Below, piece after piece: positions 50,291 to 58,525 of a stretch of DNA of 64,000 nucleotides. The stretch's first letter is position 1, and each line of letters opens with the position of its first letter. The DNA comes from an uncultured cyanobacterium (lineage in GTDB: Bacteria; Cyanobacteriota; Cyanobacteriia; Cyanobacteriales; Nostocaceae), in contig CAVUDP010000004.1 in NCBI GenBank assembly GCA_963740315.1, positions 672,001-736,000 of the forward strand, in the 5' to 3' direction. The position numbers were made by a program, and so were the translations under genes. A model generated the notes under the pieces. It ran no database searches. It saw nothing but the letters and a program-made list of their open reading frames with translations, and had not been told where the DNA came from.

Positions 50291-52474
50291 CTAAAAACTA
50301 ACTCCTTCAATCCCCAATGTCTTAACCAAAAAAGCCCATTTATCGGCTGCTTCTTCAATAATCTTCGTCGTAGGCTTACCCGCACCATGTCCAGCTTTTG
50401 TCTCTATTCTTATTAAAACTGGTGCTTCTCCGTCGTGGGCTGCTTGCAGTGCTGCGGCAAATTTAAAACTATGAGCGGGTACGACGCGATCGTCATGATC
50501 TGCTGTAGTTATCATTGTTGCGGGATAAGCTGTTCCCACTTTCAAGTTATGCAAAGGTGAGTAAGCATAAAGCGTTTTGAATTCTTCGGGATTTTCCGAG
50601 GAGCCGTATTCGGGAACCCAAGCCCAACCAATGGTAAATTTATGGAAGCGCAACATATCTAATACTCCTACTGCTGGTAAAGCTGCACCGAATAAATCTG
50701 GACGCTGTGTCATGCAGGCTCCTACCAATAATCCACCATTACTACCACCGGCGATCGCTAATTTCTCGGATTTCGTATAACCGTTATCTATCAACCATTC
50801 TGCCGCACTAATAAAGTCATCAAAGACGTTTTGTTTTTTATCTTTGATTCCCGCTTGATGCCATTCTTCACCGTATTCACCACCACCACGTATATTAGGT
50901 ATGGCGTAAACTCCACCCATTTCCATCCATATCAAGCTGCTAACTGAAAAGGTTGGTGTTAAGGAGATATTGAAACCGCCGTAACCGTAAAGGAATGTGG
51001 GGTTATTTCCATCTAGTTTAATTCCTTTTTTATGGACGATAAACATCGGTACTTGAGTACCATCTTTGCTTTTGTAAAAAATCTGTTTGGTTTCGTAATT
51101 ATCGGCGTTAAAATCTACTTCTGGCTGGCGATAAACTGTACTTTTTCCAGTTACCATATCGTAGCGATAGATAGTTCCAGGTGTGGTAAAGCTGGTGAAT
51201 ATATAAAATGTTTCGGTGTCTTCACGTTTGCCATTAAAACCACCTACGGAACCAATACCGGGTAATTCGACTTCTCGGACAAAATTACCGTTAATTTCAA
51301 AAATTTTAATTTGACTGCGAGCATCTTTAAGATATTCGGCAACAAATTGATTGTTAAGAGTTCCGACACTTTCTAATGTTTCTTGAGTTTGAGGAATGAT
51401 TTCTTGCCAATTTTTCGGTTCTGGTTTTTTAATATCGATGGCAATGACTCTGCCTCTTGATGCATTCAAATCTGTTTGGAAATACAACAGATTATCGTCG
51501 TTATCAATTAAACTGTAAGATGATTCAAACTTGCTGATTAATTCAACAACTTCGCTTGATGGATTAGTTAAATCCTTGTAAAAAACTAAGTTTTTAGAAT
51601 CAGTTCCCAACCAAACTGAAATTATTAAATAACGTCCATCTTCGGTAACGCCACCATTGAATCCCCATTCTTTTTCGTCGGAACGTTCGTAAATTAAAGT
51701 GTCTTTCGATTGAGGTTGACCTAATTGGTGATAGTAAAGCTTTTGATAGTAATTAACGTCTTCTAACTTTGTTTTTTCATTTGGTTCATCGTAGCCGCTG
51801 TAGAAAAAACCTTTGCTGTCATTTGTCCAAGAAGCACCGGAAAATTTTATCCACTTTAAATTATCTTTTAAATCTTCGCCCGTTTCAATATTTATTACTT
51901 TCCATTCTTGCCAATCAGAACCAGCAATTGATATACCATAAGCTAAATATTTACCATCATCGCTAATAGATATACCTGAAAGTGCAACGGTACCGTCAAC
52001 TGATAGTTTATTCGGATCTAATAAAACACTTGGTTCATCATCGAGATTTCTTAGAGTATACAAAACGCTTTGATTTTGTAAACCGTCGTTCTTAAAGTAA
52101 AAGTAGCGATTCCCTTCCTGAAAAGGAACCCCGTATTTTTCATAATCCCATAACTTCGTCAAACGTTTTTTTATATCGTCTCTAGCCGGGATTTTCTCTA
52201 AAAAATTAAAAGTAACTTTGTTTTGCGCTTTTACCCAAGCAATAGTTTCTTCAGAATCGGGATTTTCTAACCAACGGTAAGGATCTGCAACTTCCGTACC
52301 GTGGTAATTATCAACTTGTTCGCCTTTACGACTATCTGGGTAGTTCAGTTTTACTTCAGCACTCATGTTTGTTTGGGAAGAAGGTACATTTACATGGTAC
52401 AAAAATGTACAAATAATAACTGTTGTCAAGAAAATAATTAAAAATTTAGGCAGAGGCTTAAACAGTTTGTTCAT
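50291..52474 (-). CDS. Prolyl oligopeptidase (S9A)
   Basis: V.DPYRWLE, GGSNGGLL catalytic Ser, DHDDRVVP, AGHG. Confidence 0.95.
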   Translation of the reverse strand: MNKLFKPLPKFLIIFLTTVIICTFLYHVNVPSSQTNMSAEVKLNYPDSRKGEQVDNYHGTEVADPYRWLENPDSEETIAWVKAQNKVTFNFLEKIPARDDIKKRLTKLWDYEKYGVPFQEGNRYFYFKNDGLQNQSVLYTLRNLDDEPSVLLDPNKLSVDGTVALSGISISDDGKYLAYGISIAGSDWQEWKVINIETGEDLKDNLKWIKFSGASWTNDSKGFFYSGYDEPNEKTKLEDVNYYQKLYYHQLGQPQSKDTLIYERSDEKEWGFNGGVTEDGRYLIISVWLGTDSKNLVFYKDLTNPSSEVVELISKFESSYSLIDNDDNLLYFQTDLNASRGRVIAIDIKKPEPKNWQEIIPQTQETLESVGTLNNQFVAEYLKDARSQIKIFEINGNFVREVELPGIGSVGGFNGKREDTETFYIFTSFTTPGTIYRYDMVTGKSTVYRQPEVDFNADNYETKQIFYKSKDGTQVPMFIVHKKGIKLDGNNPTFLYGYGGFNISLTPTFSVSSLIWMEMGGVYAIPNIRGGGEYGEEWHQAGIKDKKQNVFDDFISAAEWLIDNGYTKSEKLAIAGGSNGGLLVGACMTQRPDLFGAALPAVGVLDMLRFHKFTIGWAWVPEYGSSENPEEFKTLYAYSPLHNLKVGTAYPATMITTADHDDRVVPAHSFKFAAALQAAHDGEAPVLIRIETKAGHGAGKPTTKIIEEAADKWAFLVKTLGIEGVSF

Positions 52475-52879
52475 TCAGACTTGGGGGTTGAATTTCAAAC
52501 ACATAGAGCAAGTACGTTATCGTCCATAACGTCTCTCAATGATATACATAAGAAATTCATTTTTACGAATTTTTCTGATTTATTGCCCGAATATCAGAAA
52601 ATATGGGAAAAAATTATATGTAAGTTGAGTTAAACGCATTTCGTGCTTAAAATTTTTAATTTAATATGAAGAACGCGATCGCAGTGATTACGATCGAGGA
52701 AGCAATCTCCTGCTATCAAAAATTTGTAATTTACTTAAAATAGTGGTGTTGGGTTACGACACGATAAATGAAGATTCTCGTTACAATCAAATCTAGTTTT
52801 CCTGTCTAACCCAACCTACTCCCTAATTTATTCTTTTTTTAGCATCCCTTTGTACGGATGAGCCGAGAATATTTATATT

Positions 52880-53344
52880 TTAATTCTCACATAGCCATTT
52901 ATATAAAGCTTTGTCTTTAGAATCAATTTCTTCAACCGAAGTAAAATAATAATTTTCCCAACCGACTTCCGGTAATCCAGCAAACAGCATAAGATTGAGT
53001 GGATAAACTTCGCTATCGGTACATTTACGAAAGTCGTCTCGAAACAGAAAAATAGCTTTATTGAGTGCTATTGCAATACCTAGTTCGACCATTACCCCTT
53101 CATCAGGAGGTGTACCGTTGACAATAGCGAATATACCATCACAGTTTTTCACATCATCCAAATCCGCTCTAGCAATTTTATAAGCCCAACCCGGTTTTGA
53201 AAAATCCTGTTGGTTATTCCGTTCAAATGGTTCCCAAACTTCTGCTCCCAAAAATTTTAGTTTTTTGCCGATAGGAGGTAGCAGTAGTTCTTTCTGTTGT
53301 TGGGAAAATCCATAGGGATTGGCTAGATAAATTATTTTACTCAT
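52880..53344 (-). CDS. Nucleoside 2-deoxyribosyltransferase-family protein
   Basis: IYLA.P, D...V..CD, PDEGVMVELG.A.A, NLML. Confidence 0.85.
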   Translation of the reverse strand: MSKIIYLANPYGFSQQQKELLLPPIGKKLKFLGAEVWEPFERNNQQDFSKPGWAYKIARADLDDVKNCDGIFAIVNGTPPDEGVMVELGIAIALNKAIFLFRDDFRKCTDSEVYPLNLMLFAGLPEVGWENYYFTSVEEIDSKDKALYKWLCEN

Positions 53345-53445
53345 GATTAGAAGTCTGAGAAAATAGGAAGATTGTAATTGGTAATTGCTAAGTCTCTATA
53401 AAAAACCCAAAATTTAATAACTCCTAATTCTTAACTCCGGTGATC

Positions 53446-56400
53446 CTAACTACTAGCAACTAATTTCTCACCCTTAAGCATTCTAACGGCAGCTTCTAGT
53501 AAAGCTTCTTCTAAATACGGCTTGGTAAAGTACCCGCTCGCACCTAGTTGAATTGCCATTTGTCTGTGTTTATCGGCACCACGGGAAGTCAGCATGGCGA
53601 TCGGTAAATCGTTCAAATCGGGGTTTTTCTGGATGCGCGATAGCAATTCTAAACCGTCACAGCGGGGCATTTCGATGTCGCAAAATACGATATCGCAAGG
53701 TAAGCCGGAACGCAATTTATCCCAGGCTTCTTGTCCGTCGCGGGCTTGTTCGACGCGATAACCTGCTTTACTAAAGGTGAGTGAAAGCAACTCGCGGACT
53801 GTAATCGAGTCATCAACAATGAGTACTGTGGGGTCAATTTTCGCCTCAACGGGTTCTACGGGTACAAGTGTATCCTTTTGATCCCAAAGGCTGACGCTGC
53901 TTTGTCTGGATGTACGTCCCTCGAAGATGTCGATCAATTCTAATACGTCAACAATCGGCATGATTCGACCATCCCCAAGCACGGTAGCACCTGCTACACC
54001 GATGGGCTTGGGTGCGGGTCCTTCAAATTGTTTAATTACGATTTCTTGTTCGCTTAAAACTTGGTCAATTTGCAGCGCAATCATAGTATTTGCAGAGCGG
54101 ACTATAATTACGGAAACCATGTCGTCATCTCTGTTACCGCCATAAACGTTACCGCGACTTAGCAAACGGTTAAATGTTAATAACTCTGAGAGAGGACGGA
54201 AAGGTAATTTTGTATCGCGCCAGAATATATATTTTTTACCATCAATACCATCCTGAATCTCCTTGAGTGGCATATCCAGAGTATCTTCCACACCATCCAT
54301 AGAGAAGGCAATTCTAGCTTTATCCGAGACGCAAGACAAAGCTTTACAAATACTTAACGTTAGCGGTAAGCGGATAGTAAATGTAGTTCCCTTGCCCAAA
54401 CTAGAATCCGTATTAATTGTCCCACGGATTTCACTGATAGAAGTGCGAACTACGTCCATTCCAACACCGCGCCCTGCAAGCTGATCCGCTTCATCTTTGG
54501 TACTAAAACCGGAATGGAATAACAGCTCGTATATTTCCATCGGGGAGATAATTTTTGCTTCTTGGGGGGTAATTAAACCAACTTTGACAGCTTTATTCTT
54601 AACTTTCTCGGCATCGATGCCAGCACCGTCATCGCTTACAGAAATAATAGTCTGATTACCTTGGTGGAAAGCGCGAATTTTGATTGTTCCTTGCTGCGGT
54701 TTACCTTTTGATTCTCTTTCTTCAGGAGTTTCAATCCCATGAGCGATCGCATTATTAAGTAGATGAGTCAATGGATCGCTTAAATGCTGAAGAATCATTT
54801 TATCGATTAAAGTATCTTGCCCTTCAATAAGCAACTGCACTTGCTTACCGCACTTAATCGAATTATCCCGCACTCCTCGTTCCAAACGAGTTGTTACCTG
54901 AGAAAACGCTTCCATTCGCGATCGCGTTATTCCTTCTTGCAGTTGTGAAGTTACTTGACGAAATTGACGCGCAACTCGTTCGTTTTCTTCTACAACAAAG
55001 TCAATATCACTCGCTGATTCTCTTACCCGTACAATCAATTCAATCATTTCTTGGGACAGGGTATGAAAAGGAGTAAACCGATCCATTTCTAATTCGCTGA
55101 AACCCATGTCACTATTGGTACTATAACTACCAAATCCGCTGGTATCTCTGCGACTAGCTAACAAAGATGCTTCCAATAAGGAACGCTCGTAAAGTTCCTG
55201 CATCCTCGCACCGACATCGGATAAATTTTGTACCTGATGCAGCAGGTTATCAAGCGATTGTCGCATTCTTTCTTGGTCTTGTTCCAAAGTGTTGCGATTT
55301 ACCACCAATTCCCCAACCAAGTTACTCAGGTTATCCAAGTGCTTTACGGGAACCCGCATTAATTGCTCGCTTTTGGCGCTACGAGTAGTTTTGGGAGAAG
55401 TCGCTTTAACCTTGTTTGTACGAGGTATTGATGTATTAGCTTGTTCTAGTAGTTTTTCTAAATCGCCAAATTCATCACTTGTACCTGTCGTAGCTTCAGT
55501 ATTTGCAGTGGCGGATGTATCTGCTTGTGGAGGGTTATCGGGAACGAGCAAATCTGCCAAAGCCGCAAATTCTGCATCTGGGATAAAATCATTATTTGCG
55601 ATCGTTTCAACTTGTTCCTGTTCGAGCAAAGATTCTAACTGAGAAAAATCATCTAGTATTTCTTCAGATTCTTGCTGTAATTCTTTTTCTGCTACCGATT
55701 CGGGGTGAGTTTCGTCAATGCTTGATGAAGGAACTTCTGCGACATTGCGATCGTTTACCTGAGAAAAAGGTAAAAAGGTAATTTCCTCTTCTTTTGATGT
55801 TGCTTGTAAACTAATTTCCTCATCTAAAGGAATATCTTGAGCAAACAAATCATCAACTAGTTGCGCTTGGGTATTAGCTGCGACATCTAAATCTTCTGGT
55901 GCATTATTACTTGCGTTTACCTCTTGTGTTTCCAACTCAAAAGGCGATTGTAATTGAGAATCATTGCTCGAATCATGATTCTCTGAAATTTCAAATTGAG
56001 AATCATCGCTATCTGCTTCAAATAAGTTATCGGGTTCTTCGGAGATAGCAAATAAATCTTCTACAGATGATTGCTGCTCGGAATCATCGCTATCTGCTGC
56101 AAATAAGTTATCGGGTTCTTCGGAGATAGCTAATAATTCTTCTTCTACAGATGATTGCTGCTCGGAATCATCGCTATCTGCTGCAAATAAGTTATCGGGT
56201 TCTTCGGAGATAGCTAATAATTCTTCTTCTACAGATGATTGTTGCTCGGAATCATCGTTATCTGCTGCAAATAAGTTATCGGGTTCTTCGGAGATAGCAA
56301 ACAAATCTTCTTCTACTACAGATGATTGCTGCCCAGAATCATCGTTATCTACTTCAAGAGTAAATACACCATCATCAGCATTATCAAAAACGCCTTCCTC

Positions 56401-58419
56401 CCCACTCAACGCTAATTCCAATAAATCATCTACATCATCCCCTGAGAACAATGAATCAAATTCAGATACGTTGGGAAGATGAATATCTGAATCTTCTACA
56501 AAATCTACTGGCTTTGAATCATTTTCGGCAAAAATATCTTCAGAAGTAGTAGCTTCAATTAGATTTTCCTCTAATGCTTTTGCCACATCTTCGTGAGATA
56601 TAATTTGCGTTTTTTCCCAGATATTACCGGAATTATCTATCGATTCATCTGAGAAATCATCAAATAAATCACCGCCATCTTCATCTGATTCGGGTTTTTC
56701 AAATTCGCCAAATATAGTGTCTAAACCAACCTCATCAAAGCTTGGTAATTCAAATATTTCTTGTGCTGCATCTTCTACCGTATCCTCAGCAGCTTCTGCA
56801 AATAAATTTTCAAAACTAAATGTTTGATTTAAATCGTCAAAACCATCTGAGTAATTATCCGATCGCTCTTTGCTAGAATCAGTTTCACCGAAAAGCGAAT
56901 TTAACTCATCTTCAGCGTAATTTCGTTCGTCGCCATCAAAACCAAGTTCGAGTAAATCGTTAATTTCTTCATCGCTTTGCTCGTTGAAATTTTTGCCATG
57001 AGTATCTTTTAAATTTTCTAAATCTGATTCTAAAAAGTCTTCGCCAAACAACTGCACGATCGTCATTTCTTCTTTTGCAATTGTTGGATCGTCTTTATTA
57101 GTTTCCTCTTCAAACGAGAGAAAATCTTCAAATTCGCGATCGGTTTCTAAGGATTTTTCAATATTGGCTTCTACATCGCCTTTTTCAGCGTTTGCAGCTT
57201 TTAAATCAAGAACTTCTTCTTGTTGCCAAGTTGCATCAAGTTCCGGAGACTCGCCTTCAAATAAATCGGCAAGAGTATTTAATTCGGCTATCCCTACTTC
57301 TGGTCCGTGAATATCTAATTCGTGAATTACTGTCAGCGCATCGCGGTCAAGATTATCATCAATATTATTATCAATTTGCTCGGATAATTCAAATAAATCT
57401 GTAATATTATTTTCTGCTTCAACGCGATCGGCTGCTACTTGAACATCATCGACTGCATTAGCGTCCGTTAAAAATAAAGCCGACTCCGCAACAGCTTCTT
57501 GATAATTATCTACTTCTGCTACTTCTGACTTGACAAGTAATTCCGTGTCGGGTTCATCAATGTCGATATCTATTTCTAATAACTCAATTTCTGCGATCGG
57601 TACTAATGCTTCTAATTGCTCGCTAACGACAATTTCATTTTCTCTAAACTTTAATACTAACTCTAGCGCTTGTTTAATTTCGGTAATAACAATTTTGGCT
57701 AAAGTCAAATAGGTATTTTCTTCATCACCAATAGCCCTTGTAGCCGAACGACACAAATTACTCCAGCAGGATAAATTGCGATTATCGCCCAATTCGGCTA
57801 AATAGTCCGTACATTCCTGAAGACTTTGCCGGTTTTCAGGTGTTGCTGGCTGCTTAAACAATTGCAATATCTGCCGCAGTTTATTCAAGACTTCTGCTTG
57901 GAATTGACTGTTGTTTTTATCTCCAGATGCAGCATCTACCTTCCTCTGTGCAGCATTCTTGACGGTAGCTTGAACAGCGCCATTTCCACTTGTAGATAGT
58001 TTGACAAGTTTATCCAAATGTTCGTTGAGCCAACCAAACACTGGTTCCGCTTCAGACATTAAAGTATTTGCGGCTTCCTCCGTCAAGCCAAAAGGTCCGC
58101 TTAAATGTTCTAATAGCGCTTTGAGAGTATCAGAAACCCCAAGAAACAAAGATTCCAGCTTTTGGTCAATTTTAACTGGATTATCTTTAAGAACTTTGAA
58201 ACAGTCTTCAAGGCGGTGAGAGGTACGTTGAATGCTACTCAAACCAAGCATCGCCGCTCCTCCCTTGATAGAGTGAGCAGCCCGGAAAACCTCATTAATT
58301 AAATCCGGGTCATTAAGAGTACTCTGAAGATTTAACAACCCCTGCTCGATAGTATTCAGGTGGTCTGTTGCTTCTTCAATAAAGTATCCTAAGATGCGCT
58401 GTTGTTGTTCCGGTAGCAT
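53446..58419 (-). CDS. hmpE: CheA-like hybrid histidine kinase
   Basis: Hpt (FRAAHSIKG), long acidic linker, HATPase (H.LNNAIAHG, DDGAG, GRGVGMDVV), CheW and receiver domains; PilL-type. Confidence 0.88.
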   Translation of the reverse strand: MLPEQQQRILGYFIEEATDHLNTIEQGLLNLQSTLNDPDLINEVFRAAHSIKGGAAMLGLSSIQRTSHRLEDCFKVLKDNPVKIDQKLESLFLGVSDTLKALLEHLSGPFGLTEEAANTLMSEAEPVFGWLNEHLDKLVKLSTSGNGAVQATVKNAAQRKVDAASGDKNNSQFQAEVLNKLRQILQLFKQPATPENRQSLQECTDYLAELGDNRNLSCWSNLCRSATRAIGDEENTYLTLAKIVITEIKQALELVLKFRENEIVVSEQLEALVPIAEIELLEIDIDIDEPDTELLVKSEVAEVDNYQEAVAESALFLTDANAVDDVQVAADRVEAENNITDLFELSEQIDNNIDDNLDRDALTVIHELDIHGPEVGIAELNTLADLFEGESPELDATWQQEEVLDLKAANAEKGDVEANIEKSLETDREFEDFLSFEEETNKDDPTIAKEEMTIVQLFGEDFLESDLENLKDTHGKNFNEQSDEEINDLLELGFDGDERNYAEDELNSLFGETDSSKERSDNYSDGFDDLNQTFSFENLFAEAAEDTVEDAAQEIFELPSFDEVGLDTIFGEFEKPESDEDGGDLFDDFSDESIDNSGNIWEKTQIISHEDVAKALEENLIEATTSEDIFAENDSKPVDFVEDSDIHLPNVSEFDSLFSGDDVDDLLELALSGEEGVFDNADDGVFTLEVDNDDSGQQSSVVEEDLFAISEEPDNLFAADNDDSEQQSSVEEELLAISEEPDNLFAADSDDSEQQSSVEEELLAISEEPDNLFAADSDDSEQQSSVEDLFAISEEPDNLFEADSDDSQFEISENHDSSNDSQLQSPFELETQEVNASNNAPEDLDVAANTQAQLVDDLFAQDIPLDEEISLQATSKEEEITFLPFSQVNDRNVAEVPSSSIDETHPESVAEKELQQESEEILDDFSQLESLLEQEQVETIANNDFIPDAEFAALADLLVPDNPPQADTSATANTEATTGTSDEFGDLEKLLEQANTSIPRTNKVKATSPKTTRSAKSEQLMRVPVKHLDNLSNLVGELVVNRNTLEQDQERMRQSLDNLLHQVQNLSDVGARMQELYERSLLEASLLASRRDTSGFGSYSTNSDMGFSELEMDRFTPFHTLSQEMIELIVRVRESASDIDFVVEENERVARQFRQVTSQLQEGITRSRMEAFSQVTTRLERGVRDNSIKCGKQVQLLIEGQDTLIDKMILQHLSDPLTHLLNNAIAHGIETPEERESKGKPQQGTIKIRAFHQGNQTIISVSDDGAGIDAEKVKNKAVKVGLITPQEAKIISPMEIYELLFHSGFSTKDEADQLAGRGVGMDVVRTSISEIRGTINTDSSLGKGTTFTIRLPLTLSICKALSCVSDKARIAFSMDGVEDTLDMPLKEIQDGIDGKKYIFWRDTKLPFRPLSELLTFNRLLSRGNVYGGNRDDDMVSVIIVRSANTMIALQIDQVLSEQEIVIKQFEGPAPKPIGVAGATVLGDGRIMPIVDVLELIDIFEGRTSRQSSVSLWDQKDTLVPVEPVEAKIDPTVLIVDDSITVRELLSLTFSKAGYRVEQARDGQEAWDKLRSGLPCDIVFCDIEMPRCDGLELLSRIQKNPDLNDLPIAMLTSRGADKHRQMAIQLGASGYFTKPYLEEALLEAAVRMLKGEKLVASS
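56000..56350 (-). repeat. Intragenic coding tandem repeat (81-87 bp units)
   Basis: GAATCATCG anchor at 56000, 56081, 56165, 56249, 56336. Confidence 0.92.
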
Positions 58420-58525
58420 AGTATAGCCGTCGTTGTGAGTTATGAGTTATGAATTACAAGTTACGAGCTACGAGTTATGAGGTGTAATTTTTATTCCTCA
58501 CTCATCACTCCTCACTCTTAACTTT

